A DNA stretch of 61,906 nucleotides, filler included, from Catajapyx aquilonaris (taxonomy: Eukaryota), in assembly GCA_000934665.2 (NCBI GenBank). It is 2 parts of 2 records of this genome, joined end to end, with 100 filler letters (N's around TTAATTAATTAA, not from the genome) between each part and the next. Parts side by side here need not be neighbours in the genome. Positions count along the whole stretch, not along the records: positions 1 to 30,884 come from JYFJ02004612.1; 1 more part is not named here. One strand, written 5' to 3'. The notes beneath the pieces are model-generated. The model worked only from the letters and a program-made list of their open reading frames with translations, did not search any database and was not told the DNA's origin. The translations under genes were made by a program, and so were the position numbers. This document shows positions 12,601 through 26,600 of the stretch, piece after piece (positions within the stretch are counted from its first letter, which is position 1; every line of letters starts with the position of its first letter).

Positions 12601-15600
12601 CCAATATTTCACGATACTGGGCCATTTGGCTACCCTGCTGGTGTGCAGCCATGCATGTTGTCCTGCTCCCGTCATGTTGCCCTCCCGGTGATCCCGGATG
12701 CACGCCTTCCTGACCTGGTCATCAAAAAAGTGTCTCCGGTTCCTCCCGAATTGGATTCATAACAGGCGCATTATACTCTACACAAAATGACGTCATCCAT
12801 ATTTGTTGCAACACCAAACATCGGGGAGGGGATACACCATCCAGCCATGAGTCGATTGTCACGGGTAGGCCCGCGGGAACCAATAATCGATATCACTTGC
12901 TGTATACCTCCACGGCTTTGGTTTACATAGAGCCGTCAGCAGGATGATGTTGCAGAGCAATCTCCTGCTCCGGTATTCAACTCGGGAGGCTACCAAATGG
13001 AAGCCATTTCAATTCGAACAATTCGTATCTTTTCTTGCTATACACGCTCGTTACAAGTCTTCTGGATATTCTGGATATGCTCAATCCTAAACCCACAAGA
13101 AATGATTCCAGTCCTCGGGAATCGTGTTCTGAAGATGGGACATTTGTCGATCCCCGTTTATCTCCACCTGGGGCAGTTAATAAATTACGCAACTGGGTTT
13201 ATGTCGATCTTGATTCCCCGGTGCAACGCACCGTGACACTCGCGAACCCACCCTCAAATTACGTAATGATGAATTCTATCGCCTCGCGACCCTCCCCGAA
13301 ACGAATCAGATTTAATTCAGTCCTTTCCCCGAGCCAGAAACCGCAAAACTTAACCTCCAAAGAGGAGGTAAGGGGAGGGGCAGTGGATTTGTACACGTCA
13401 TATTCACCACGAAGGCCACCAAAAACTTCATTAAAAAATACCTCAGTTTCTACGCATTTGCTGAAATGCCATATGCCAAAGAGCAAGGCTTACTGCAGTT
13501 GCTCATTTGTATTTTTAACTTGGGGAAAAAACGGCTCGTCTAAAAAGGACGTTCTCAGACACAACTCCAATCGCTTTTTAAATCTCCTGCATGGGGAATT
13601 TCAGAGAGAGAATGTTCCCCTTTTCATTTTCACGCCAATTGAAAACATCCAATATAGCAGCATCCCACCCTCTCCATGTGATTGCTTCTTGTCAAGTCTC
13701 TTCAAAAGGGGAGTGCATGCCGAACATAATAATCGAAGCCACTTTCGGGTTGGAATATTTTATTTCGGATAGATTGGACGAAGAGGCGTAAAAAAAAAAA
13801 AAAAAAGGCGAGATTGGGTCGTGCGTAAAAATCGCGAGGGAGCAAATGACCCCGGAAGAGTTCACAGCAAGAATTCAATTCAGATGTTTATTCGCCTCGA
13901 TGCATAATTTTTTCCCAATTATTACAAGAATTCTATTGTTGCTCTCTAAGTACGTCGAATCCACATTGTCGGCTAGAATGTTTTATCAATCAATGGTGAT
14001 TCCACCGGCTGTGCCGTCCCCCTTTTCTATCCACCTGAAACACATCCCCATCCAATTAGGATTAGCCATTCATCCCATTCGCTGCCATTTTCACAACCCT
14101 AAATCTTGTAATTAGGCCAATTCGTTTAAAACGCATCGACCTAGACGACTAGTCAAGGTCACGTCAGGCTCCGGAAAGTAATAACAACTGTGTACTGTAT
14201 ACTGACAAGCATCATGTTACTTTTAGTCTTACATCTGGCCGGTTGTCAGCAGGACAGAGTCAAGTTGCGCTACAGTGACGTTACAGTCGCACGTTTCCCT
14301 AGCCCCCTGAGCGTCACCCGTTGTCTTGACGCGAAGACACCAATAACGACATAGGTCTAAATATTTGATTGAGCAAAAAGTGCATGCTGCTGTAATTTTC
14401 ATCATCAACCCAGAAGCAGTGTCGAGGAATTTAGGGCCCTTAAGCCAGATTGCCCAAGTGCTTTAGGAGGAGGAGGAGGAGGAGGAGGAAGAAGAAGAAG
14501 AAGAAAAGGGCGGGCCCGTTGGGCCTAAAACGGACTAACTCGATTACCATCGACCTGGACGCCAGGCGAAGAGTTCGGAGGTCGAGCGAATGTGTCGAGG
14601 AATCGTTTAATTAAAAGTAGGATCAAGAAGTTTGGGATCAGCTACAATGTATAAGGCGCATGACCCGATCGTCTCCCGTATAGCCTAAACGACGCGACGG
14701 CAGTGCGTTGTCCGTTGTCGATTAGTGTCGCGGGTAATTGACTGTCCATGTTTATTAGCGATACCTAATTTTGGAGGGTACAATTCTTTGAACGCCGGCT
14801 CCAATTAATGTCACTCAGCATTGCGGTGGTGAGGACGGAGGGGGAGGGTTTTTGAAGTTGACAGCATTGTCAACTACGCTAACTGGTACCTCTGTGGCGG
14901 CGGGGCGGGGGCCCGACAACCGGGACCAGGCTGAGCAACTGCATATGGATGGTTACCCCGAATGAACCGCGATGGACGATTGCACGTGCCCTTCTGCACC
15001 GGCTCTTTTGTCCAAATTCATCCAGAATTCCTGGTGTTAACAACCCAGTCCTCTCATCCGTGCTTTCCACACATATTTGCCTACCCCGGCAGACTCCAAA
15101 AAAGGTAAGCCAAGTCAATTCGGCGACAAACTGCCACTGCTGAAACAACGTCGACTTACCAGCAGCAGCGAACCTGAATTGAGTCCGTTTGACACCGGCG
15201 CAACTCCTGATGTGAGGGCCAGCTGCAGGGTGGGGTGAAGGGGAATCGGCAAGGAAACTAGTAGCCTACACCCTGCTTTTCATGTGTAAGTCCACCCATG
15301 CGAATCCACGAGCGCAGCTGCATGCCTCACCCAATCCGTCACCTCCGTTTCAAGTTTTGGTCTTTTGGACTGGGGGTCGTCTTACTACTGGTTGGGTACC
15401 CGTCCATCGGCCTCTTTCCCCTCCATGCAACTCGGTTTGGAACAATCACCAAACTGAATCATCAGTCAGGATCAACCCCCGGGGCTTAACTACTGTACCG
15501 AGAGCGTCATTCCGCACACCCCACCCAAACCACCAATCACTCTTGATGGGCACACGTCTCCGAGGAGATGGAAGCGATGCATCCGGATTGGTCAATCCCC

Positions 15601-16015
15601 AGCCGGCTTTACTTGTCAACGTGCCTATCAAGTGGCTTGTCCTTCAGCACACTGCCGGGTCAATATCGCAATTACCCAGTGAAGGCTTCTCAAGGAGCAG
15701 CTAAGCAGCCTTTAGTTATGCCAAGCATCATCCTACCCGACCATGTAACATGCAGGCTGACACATGGACACCACGGTGTGGCCCGACGCCTAATCTGACG
15801 TTACACTGACAACCCCCTGGCATTCTTCGCAGCCCTATCCGCCACACGCCGCAGCTAACCGATCCAGCTCATATTTGGGTGGTAAAACCCGTTTGGCTTT
15901 TAGAATGCAAAGACATGTGACCAGATTGAAGGTGTCGCAACTCTCCCAATTCTGGCGGTCCAGGTTGCGTAATGAGGGGGAAGGCAAGCTGGGGGAGAAA
16001 GAGCTGCGCGCCGGA

Positions 16016-16065
<50 letters not shown>

Positions 16066-19000
16066 AATAAGAGTGTCGTGGCTGCAAAATTCGAGGGGGT
16101 GCCAAGAAGATGTAAAAAAAAAATAACATGTCGAGGACACTTTTGCTGTCATGTCCAAAAATAATCCAATCTAGAGGCGCATACCATTTGATCCAAATGA
16201 CGTGGAGATTGGAGCCTTTCCGGAGGTTGCAGAGTGCATTGCAGATATCCCCCGGGCGGTTGATGGATCTGTGAGTATACACGTGCCGTACAAAACGTCA
16301 CTCATGAAAGAAGACGTATTGTCACGCTACTTCTTCAACATCCGGGGGTAGGCTACCTATTCCAGGATCTTCGCCCCATGCCACAAACCCCCCAGGTTAT
16401 TTTCAGAAGCCTCCCATCCACCCTCACCAGGCTCCTTCAATCTGGAGCTCCCATCTGGCTTGACTAAATCGGCAACTGGGAGATTGACCATGTATGGACT
16501 CGACGTCTGGAAGCGTCGGGTTCCATCAACATACTCACGTTCTCATTGGCTAATCGCCTGCTGACGGCCAAAATAATTCTGTTTACCCCCCTGACTCGGA
16601 TTTTGGGCTCCCTACTCTCATTGGCTCCAATCAATAACGAATGTGCTTCCCCTTTTCCAAAGGGATCTGGAGGGCAGATTACGATCATCACGTGCATCGC
16701 TTAGGACAATATTTGAAGTGGTTGACTCAAGTGTGACACAAATGACAAAGGAGCGCGTTATTTTTCCTAGAATTGACTCCAGCATGCGAAGTTTGAATCC
16801 TTCATACACTCCAGATAGGCTCTTTCTTGAACGCCCCGTTAACAGTTATCTGTAGCCGATCAGCACGAGCTCTAGTTGGATTTTTCAGAATGACCGTTAA
16901 TTACACTGCAGGCATGTCCAGTGCAACTCGGACCTGCTCGAGTTGCACTCTGCAGTAGCTAGCAACCAGGTGTGTCCAATGCCACCGGATCTGTCCATTC
17001 CACAGCAAAAAAGGGCCATGTGGCCCAGTTCCTAGCTACATTACATCAGTGTCCAAATGCATTTTTCACGCGGCTCAATCATCCCATTCGGCCGGTTCAC
17101 ATTCGCTACACCACACACGTCACGGGTATGAAGAAGCCATGGCCAGTCTTTCTCAATAGTGGCCTATTCACGGTCTCCCAAAAAAATCGGAAAAAAGGGT
17201 TTACTTAATAGGTTGGGTGTGAAGCCAACAGTTTCCGATAAGGCGATTATTAGTGCAAGTCAAAAGCCTTCTCTTCTCCCTGGAAATCCAATTATTTTTC
17301 CCACGTTCCCCATCAGACCTTACAGGAATTCCACCCGTCTTGACTAAGATCACAGGCAATGCCCTCAAATTGGTTGGTTTTGCTGAAAAGCCGGCTCCAT
17401 AATTGGACACAGGCCCTGACTTACATGACGAATAGGCCAATCAAAATGTGTAGATTCAATTCCTGCCCACGAGTATGGTCTCCGCCAACTAATTTACACG
17501 TGCAAAGAATTTCAGATTAATCAGTCCAAATAATAAACCTCCTATTATGATCAGATAGTGCATTTATCGCAAAATTCGAGTAGTTGGCAAATATTAAATA
17601 AATAAAAAAAATCAAACTAGCATTGTTCAATACTTGAGAACCTTGATAATGACTACCCTGTTCCACCTCGGTCAACAAACTGTAGCATTTGTCAATACTT
17701 CTCCCCTTGCCAACCCCCCTCGTCCCTCAACAAACAATCCTAGATGTCAGCCAAGGCGTCGAAAGAGGACCCGAATTTCAGGTTGTGGTGAAATTACCAG
17801 CCGAGCCAGAATTCATAATAGAAAGTCATATTTGTGTATGACGACAGGCGGAACGTGCCGCCAAATTTTGTATTGCCACGAATTAACGGCGTCGCATAGT
17901 GTCACCATGAACACCTCGCCAGAGAGATAGGGACACGTTTCCATTGCACCTTCCCTATCCGTTCCTTCCTAACCCAAGTTGCTTTTACGCAGCAATTCTC
18001 AGCTCAATCCCCGTCCGCTTTATTGCCAGTTATTTTTCAGCCTCCCTATACCCCCCCAACCACCAATCTGTCTCCTGATGTAGGTTATTCTTCCTGGCAA
18101 ACGTGCCACGTAAAATCTGATGCGCCACATAATTTCTCCAGTAAACTCGAGGACACAGAAAAATACCATTTATATTTCACTAAATTGCTCCAGTTGCCTT
18201 CGGGAAAGAACAGCCATTTGGATGAGGAAAAAACAACTTCAGTACATACGGTTGTTTAAATGTAGCGTTAGGTTGCTGAAATTGTGTCTATTTTTTTCAT
18301 AGGCGGTGAACTTGGCGCCTGCGGCCTATACTTTCCGGTGATGAGGTTCTTGGGTTGCATATAGCGTTAGGATGAAAGAGCTTTTCCGTGTCATTTTTAT
18401 GCGCGGTGCGGTTTACAGGTTTAGGCCTGCTCGCACAATAACGCGGAGCGTCAAGGTATGCTGTAAAACAACTTTGTGCCTACCTTTTTGTTATAAAAAT
18501 ATGCTGCGATGTCCTAACTCGACTCTCCGTCCTCATAATGAGAATTTTAACTCGAGTTCTCAAAAATCCAGGCCATGCAAAAGTGCTTCCCGCCTTAAAT
18601 ATTAATTATGAAACTTCAGCGATCCGCGAGCAATCAAGCTAGTAGGGTCGATATAGGGATGAATAGAATCACTATTCAGAGAATCACTATTCAGAGCGTG
18701 CTCTACCTTTCGAAAGTAAAATTCCCTTAGTTGCACTTTCTGCGATGACATTCCTTCAGAATACTAAACGCATAATGTCACCATGATAAAATTACTAAAA
18801 TTACCTGAAATTGGTCCTATGATCACACCACATACGAGGCGATTAGGGCGAGTTGTGTGATTTATTCAATATACAGTAAATAAAAAATCAATTCGAAAGG
18901 AAAAATCGAGTGCTGCAGTCCATGACAAATGGTAGCAGGCGATCCGCTTCTAATGTCCACCATTACACGACCTTGTTGTACTGTAAAAATGTTTCCTCTT

Positions 19001-22000
19001 GGTATCCCGATTGTTCATATCCGTAACGCTACTGCTACGGTTGGACCTTCGTGTCTAATCGGTCGTTTTCATTCGATATCCGTTCCTCGCCATTGTCAGC
19101 CCATTTCACCCAGCAACCATGTATCTGGCTGCTTCTCATCCGTGTCATAAAGACGAGGTTCTGGCGACTCAAGTCTGTGATCAGATATGAAAATATTCGG
19201 CATCAACGGCTCGCTCTCATGATGGGGCCGAACTCTTGCCTAATTCATGGCTCCACCCGTCCATACATTCACCAATCCATCCCAATCCTGTGTTTACTGT
19301 ATATCATTGGACGACGTGTGAACCCATGCTTAAGTACTCTTTACAAATTACTCCGCGACTGATCCGTGCGTGCCAGATAATGGTGCCCTTCCTGATGTCA
19401 AAAATGCTGACCCGATAACCACATTATACACCCCTGAAATTGCCATCCGTCACTCTCGCTATGCTGTTCACTGCTTTAGCCTATACTTTCAATGAGACAG
19501 TATAGAAATTGCATTTCCGGAGGTACAATTAGATTTGCATGATGGCTACCATTCAATTTTTTAATAAGCATAAGTTAACTGACAAATACATTTCAATTTC
19601 AGACGCCCTTTCCTTTTCATCCCAACCCTGGATATGATAAAATAATGGGAATATACGCATCCCCTGATTTTTAGTTAAAACATTACAGATAAAAACACGT
19701 ATAATTTCATCTGAAGAGGCAACGCCGCAGGGAGACATCTGGATCACATGATACTTATCACTTATCCTTTTTAGCAGCCCTACCCGTCCCGCAAGTGTGA
19801 CCTTCACCTTAAGCTTCTGTCATCACGCATTCGGGAGTGGGCAATCCCGTGACCGTCTAAAAAATATATCCAATCCTATGACTCTTAGGGTCTACCATAT
19901 ACGACACAAAAAATTAACGCAACATTATCCCGAGCCTGCCATCTTAATTGTTGCCTGCTGGAGGGTAAATGTTCCTTGTTGTGATCTTCTGATAACAATT
20001 AATACTGGATTTTTTTTAAAAAATTAAGCGGTAGGGCTGTGGCAAAATCGCCCTAGTTTGTAGCAGACCAGAGGCCATTGTGGGTCAGTCTGGGTGCCGT
20101 AATGTACTTGCAAACGCACCCTATTCCGTCCTCTCAATTTGGCTCAATTTGGTGGCACCCACCCACCCACCCTCGTGGCTCTCCCTCTCTCTCTACCCGC
20201 CCTTCCTCCCAAAAGTCAATTTCCTCACAGTTGTGATCAACGTCAATTGTGATTCAAGGCCAGACTGAGCCCCCGTTACAGCGCATTAACCAAAGCAATA
20301 TTAGCAAAGCATCGCCCCCAGACCATCAACTAGACTAACTCTCACTTTCCTACTAGGCGCTTAGGGGTCAATGACCTTCCCATTTCAGGCTAGCATCCAA
20401 TATGGCCGACAGCAGGTAGGGAAAGGTGCCAGGTGATGGGGATATTGCGACCAGGCGGAGGGAGGTGCCAAATTCAGATGGCAGTCATCAGGTGCTGGGG
20501 GTTGGTCACAATATACGTATCATTCAGTCACTTTTTTAAAAAAATCATTCATTCATTACTGGTCGGACACTGATGACTTTCTCTGCGGGCTCAACTCTTC
20601 ATTTCGCAATTAGATGAATGGAGTGTATTTTGGAACACCTGATATATCGAGCAGAGGCAAAGGCGCACACGCAATAATAGCGCGATCAATTCGTAGCCAT
20701 AAAACAAGTAGCGACAAAAATTTCCCGACACGAAGCAGCGACGTCGGGAACAATGAATTGTCGCAATGTAGGCTTAATGTTGTAAAACATCAGCGGATTA
20801 TCCCCGATAATAACCTGCAACCTACGCAATGTGTCGAAAGTTCGGTCCTGCCCTTCAAATACAGAACTTTAAAATGCAACATATTTAAAAATCAATTCAA
20901 TTACACCATTTAACTCGCTATTTCTCATCCAAAAATACAATTGCATGCAGGATATTCGCTGCGCCCGGTGATCCGAGAAAACATGTCAATCCATATCATT
21001 CATGGCTTAAATAATTATTTTATAGTGAGAAATTCGGGGCATTCGACAATACCAGAAATGACTACGCACGAACTATATTCAAGTGTATTATAAACCGCGT
21101 CCTTACACAGCCCATCATTTTGCTTTCAACGGGAGATTACAAAATATCGCGATACGGAGTGGACCATGCAGTATAGTGCTTTGCGTATTTGTGCAAAATC
21201 ACTCCACCAAGACATACATATCCCTGCAAAAAATGACAGCTTGTGATGCATCTCAACCTTCTTTTTTTTGCAATACTGTCGGCTGGCGGTTGAGTGCCTA
21301 GAATAAATTCAGCTGTCACTGAAGGAAGTCTGACGGAGAAGGCACGCTACACACGTACTTATTTGTACTAGTTTCTATTCCAACTACTCGCCAACTTCAT
21401 TTGAACTGTACAAGGGCACAGCTAGCGACCTTTTTTTTGAGGCTTTTTGCTGGAGGGACAGGCATGGAAATAATATCTCAACGCCAAATTGTGGTCCTTT
21501 CAGGAGTTGGTCCATCACCCCCCAGCGCAGAGGTCTCGGCATTCTCCGCGTTCCAAAACCGGTCACCCCTGGGTCCCCTCCTGGGTACGGCAGGGGGGCA
21601 ACAGGGGGACAGGCACCTCAACAGTACGAAGCCTGGCTCCAGCTGCCCGGATGTGACTAATGGCCAACATGTGGCATTCCACGGGGATAAAGTGTCGCCC
21701 CCGCAGACACAAGCCTCCTCCCGGAGCAAGCCTGTCTTCGACAGCCCCAAAATTAAATTAGACAGAATATTCTACCGCGCTAAAAATAGTACGAGAATGG
21801 TCGTAGAATGGTCTTGCAGCCGCCTTACATGGTAAATGGCCAAGGAATTCATGCTGAACAGATCAATTCAGTGATATATTGATCTTCCAGTCCCTGTTTG
21901 AAAGGGAGCAGTCTCTTGGATATAAGTTTGGGGCCAACATGGCCACCCCTTAGTTCAATAATTATAGCATCCCAAAATGGCTGGTGTCAACATCCTGTAA

Positions 22001-23692
22001 GTTTCGAAAACTTGGAAAACAGCGGGGTTGCAAAAATAAACATAGCCCACATTCGGTGGCTGGCCTCCTCGGCGCATCCACTCAGGCCCAGGCTAACGCT
22101 GTAGATTCTGGTTCCTACTGTCAACCCCTGCTTTCAAGTACACCGAGGGCGCTCTAAATTCTTCGCTGTTACGGCCAAAGGGAGTGACAGTGTAGACAAA
22201 ATATCAACCAGCCCGAAAAGTGCGTTTTCAAACCCAGCGGTTCCATATCAATTTTGGTGACATAAAGCAAACTATCCCGAAAATTTATGGCGTTGAAACA
22301 TATAATCTGCATGTCCAAACGGTGATCGGTACATGGGGCAATTCTGCGTTACATTCGTATTCAGCAATGCGGACGCTAACTCATTAATTAGCTAACTAAT
22401 TACTTAAAAATTGCTGTTTGCGAACTTTCCGAGTGTCCTCATTACACTTCATTCGACCGGTATCGCATCACGCAATTTCACGCAATTTCACGCCATTTCC
22501 CAAGATATTAGACCTAGCGGAGTTTGCCATATATGCACCGAAAGCAGACGGACCAACGAACATCGCTCGTATTTACATAAGCTCGGGGGCCACACATGTA
22601 TACTGCAATGGATGTAGAAAATAGGCTACCCCGCATGCCCTACAGGCTTCAAGGCCTGTCGTTGAAGGCGTGCTAAAATTGGCCGCCATTACTGCGTTCA
22701 AATACACCGCTTGAGCAACCGAGTGCCAACGGATGGGTTCCGAGCAAAACTACCCCCCCCCNAAAATAAAAATAAAAAAACTGACCAAACTACCATCTGC
22801 GCTGATGACCGCGCGCTCCGGGGGTAGTGTCCCCCAATGAAAATTAATTTTGTAAATGAAGTGTATTTGGTTGCGAACAAAAGAGTGGCGCCAGAAATTT
22901 TTGAATACCACGAGTAAAATCGCCTTTTGCATGTAAAACCGGTTACCAGCAACTCAAACCGGGGTTTCAACAACCCCCCCCCAGCCCCGTGACAAAAATC
23001 TTAGGTCAGTGCGCTGCGTAACAAAGAAACGAGCCGCAATGTGAGTTACAGCGCGCATTAGTGGCGCCCGTATAGCGCATTTCTTTGACCAAGTGCCCGC
23101 TCTGATTCAAAAGAACCTCTCCTTGACACTCCAAAGTCTTTTGATAGCGTCTTATCTATTTCTCAACCACTGGCCGGCACAATTCGATGCACGGACCACA
23201 GGCGGCCATGTGTAAAAACATGGCCGCAACCAGGCAACGAGTTTCCGGCTTTCCACTACCGTCGTTTCGCACTGTTGCCGTCATTCGGTGGCATACAGTA
23301 TTATCATTTTTTCCACTTACAAAAGTGTCCTACTTGAGAGGATGGGCAACAACCTCGGTGACCTTCTTGCTCATTTTTTCTAACCTTGACTACGAAAAAG
23401 GCGTGACCCCACCCTCGCCAACAGTTTCAAATATACGTATGTGATCGATAAACTCACTTATCCGAATAGTACTCGATGTACTAAGAGCCGCAATTGTGAC
23501 GCAATAAAAACACGCTGTCGAGCACCTGAAACTGCAAATGATTGTACCATATTGACGGCAATTAAAAGGTGTTAAGTCGTGTTAGAAGCAAAACCTGCAA
23601 GTGTCCAACGAGAGCTTTCTGTACCGCAATTCTCCTGCGCCAGCCAAAGATTGTCGACACAAAGTACGTGTACTTACTGGGTAATACACTCC
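3454..23692 (-). CDS. Rbfox1: RNA-binding Fox-1 homolog (Rbfox1/A2bp1-like), 5' coding exons only; gene continues beyond the left edge of the window
   Basis: Phase-0 exons 23678-23692 (GVYYP), 15160-15222 (LALTSGVAPVSNGLNSGSLLL) and 3454-3615 (HMVQTGMAAPY...SPPTVTANGVEQQT), all with pyrimidine-rich cag acceptors and GTAAGT donors. The joined YYP-HMVQ matches the recalled insect Rbfox1 N-terminus (Drosophila MYYPHMVQAG...). No RRM exon is seen in the window. Confidence 0.75.
14465..14504 (+). repeat. Compound (AGG)n(AAG)n microsatellite
   Basis: aggaggagg...gaagaagaag read directly. Confidence 0.9.
15160..15222 (-). CDS. Rbfox1: Candidate 63-nt cassette exon of the Rbfox1-like gene
   Basis: ttccccttcaccccaccctgcag|CTG GCC...CTG CTG CTG|gtaagt; 21 codons, no stop, phase 0 at both ends like the flanking exons. 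Confidence 0.6.
16021..16063 (+). repeat. (AG)n microsatellite, ~21 units
   Basis: Perfect AG run; it explains the ERERER and LSLSLS ORF artefacts. Confidence 0.95.
18665..18694 (+). repeat. 15-bp perfect tandem duplication (agaatcactattcag x2)
   Basis: Read directly. Confidence 0.85.
23678..23692 (-). CDS. Rbfox1: 15-nt microexon (or 3' end of the first exon) encoding GVYYP of the Rbfox1-like gene
   Basis: tttttccttccaccgcag|GGA GTG TAT TAC CCA|gtaagtac; YYP directly precedes HMVQ in insect Rbfox1. Confidence 0.65.
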
Positions 23693-26600
23693 CTGCGGTG
23701 GAAGGAAAAATGCTCCTGAGCCCCACAGCTTGGCAGTTTAGCTAGGACACCGCACTACATAAAACTCTCGCCAACCAAGTGGCGTGGAAGGTTGTGCGGG
23801 AAATATCCCGGGGATTTTGAAGAAGGGTCTGTCGGTGAGCAGCACCGGCCGGCCGACTCTTGCTGCCCAGCTTGTCCCTTGTCTGATGGTGGTGGAGACA
23901 CCGAGTAACCGGAGAGTCCTCCGTGGTAGGCTGACTGGGTCCAACTCACTCCCCCAACATCCGCGCGCGGCTCACTTCATTCCAACATGGCAGCAGCCCA
24001 AGATTGGCAGCACCATGCACGTGGCCAGATTTATTTTTTTCTCTCTCCCCCTCCCTCTCTCTCTCCCCTTCCCTCTCCCTGCCTCTATCCCTCTCTGGCT
24101 CTTTTCCACAGGCGGACCGACTACAACTGGGCTGTTGTTCGGGAATGGTCTGATTTGCAGGAGGAACCCGATGGTTCCGGGTGGGCTTCGGGATACAAAT
24201 GGGCTAGCTGGCTTGCTTTTCTACTTTTCGGGGGAGGGGGTGTTGGTTGTTCGGCGCCTGCTCCGTAGAAACAACGTTTGCCAGCCAGAGCCACTTTACC
24301 GGGGCGCTTTGGACCGGCTAATCGATGGCGGGGATGGGGCTCCCCCGCCCCGCTTTACCCCCGCCTTCCCTGCAGTGGGCTTGCGGGGGAATACCCGACC
24401 GACATCTACCGGTTTCGTCAGAAACCCGGCTAACACTTAAGAGGACTCTTAGGGGAGGACGACCCGACGGAGAGGATTATGATGCCATCGTAAGAAAAAA
24501 AGAAACAGAACGGAGCGTCTCCGCCTGCCAAAAGGATTAAAGGCCAACGATCCCTGTGGCCGCAATATTCGTCGCACCAGTCACCTGACCAAACATGCTA
24601 CTCAACTACCTGTTGTGAATTATCGAGTTTTCATCCACTGTGTAAGTGCGGAACTCGGCGAGACTGGAGAAATCGATTGCCCCCGGACGGTTTATCCTGG
24701 AAGATAGGTAACCAGGTGCGCCTCTCTTGCCTTACCGGAGGATCTACCGGAAGGCGCAAGACACGTGTCAGTTCGCCCTCAGATTACAAGCGATGGCTAA
24801 TACCGTACCATGCCTCGCAGTGCACAGCTATCTTAAACGGATAGGAACTGGAACGTGACTAAGGAACATTTATCACAAGCGCACACCGTACCGTTATTCA
24901 AACATTCAATATGCTCCTAAAGACCTTGGCACTTCCGATAGTACCAACAGGACGCTAAATGCTTGCACCCCAACCAGATGGTGGCTATCGTTCAAAATCG
25001 AAAATATTTGCCCAATTTGTTCCACACTCGCCGTTTAGCCTGCGAACTCAAAATTGGACGCAAGCTACCCCAAACCGTCGCGTCGTATAGTCACGCAATA
25101 GGATAGCAATTCTCAGGATACGTCTCAATCCCATCCGATCAAGAGACATTTATTCAATAACCCCTTCCGCATTCCCAGAAAACGCTATTTCTTGTTTCGC
25201 TGTCCATGCAGCAAGCACATTATCGCATCAGGGCTGTCCAAGAACTATGTGATCGATCCTTACCGAACGCTATACCTAAGGTACTTCCTTTTCCTGCGCC
25301 GACAGGGCTACGTCAAAATTCTGCGAGTAGACTCAAAATAATGCCCGTCTTGGCAATTTACTGTACACCTGTGTTGCACATTATATATAAAGGTCGTCAG
25401 AGTAGCCCTGCACTGAAGCTGGGTTGAACGGTATAGTGCGCAGGAGCTGCTGAACGACAGGTGTGTATAATTATCAGGCACGTGAAATCAATGATGGGAA
25501 TTCAGTCATGCACGGTAACATTCGAATCATAGTGTACATTAGCGTATATGTTGATATAAGGCCATGGAACAGTCTCATTCCACGTTTAAAACCGAAATAA
25601 AACAGCCAGAATTCAAATGTGTATGCGCCACAAAAAATGACGCACATATATTTTTCAGAACACTGCCAGCCCAGAGTAACTTGATGCATATCTAGCGTTT
25701 TTTTGGCCCATGTATGAATATCCACATTCTCCTCTCCTATATCATGAGCACAGGGGGGGGGGGGGGGGGGNGGGGGGGGGGAGTTATTACTGTATATTAA
25801 CCATTTGGGTATGCGTTGTATTCATTGCACATGCTGCACTTTCCCCCAAATCTGAGCATGGGTATTTCCCTGAAAATGAGCAGAAGGGGCAGGAATTCGT
25901 CCCCTGGCACTTGTGTCACTTGACCCCTCCCTGAGTAAATCAGGCCATCACTCTATCGTCTCCCAGCCCAAGTACCCGCCCGCACCATCATCAAGCTTGG
26001 GCTGCCCACATCAGCCCGGCAAACATGGCGGCCAGCAAAATGGCAGCGCTCACACAGCCTACCTGCTCATTCACTACCTATATAGGTGCAGGTCCTCCTC
26101 TCTCACTTTCCTTTTGTCCGGTGGTAAAAGGCCCCGCCTTCACGCTGTGTTTACAGTGCAAGCGTGGGGACGCTTCTGTACGATTTGGTCCGGACTAATG
26201 TAACCTATTAAGCCCATGCAAATTTACTCAAAAACGACCCGCAGGCCCTAGTTGGGCTGGTTATACAATCGGACGACTTTACACTTGCAAACACCTATTT
26301 TGCTCCATTCCCTGGCCTACAGCAATAGCCAGGCTACAGGCAATAAGGTAATAAGCCGTGTGGCGGGGGTGTGGAAAAAAACCCCATCATTTTAAAAGGC
26401 AAACTGCATCAGGTAGAACTGCATTCATATGAGATACGCAACTTTTTAAAATTTAAAAACTAGAATTTATTTTGCAACGACAATTTTGTGCTACCTTTTA
26501 CCAATGAACTTTCTGAGGAAGAAATTCATTGCAAAGTTTTGTAACGAAAGTGAAACAAGTGCTGAAAAGGATAAGCCGAGGTTTAATCCCTGCCAGTATT

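Noticed and set aside
13035..13772. 245-aa plus-strand ORF
   Set aside because: Non-ATG start, no recognisable domain, random-looking composition, and antisense within the Rbfox1 intron
23784..24440. 218-aa plus-strand ORF
   Set aside because: GC-rich low-complexity region antisense to the probable Rbfox1 5' region; no protein motif
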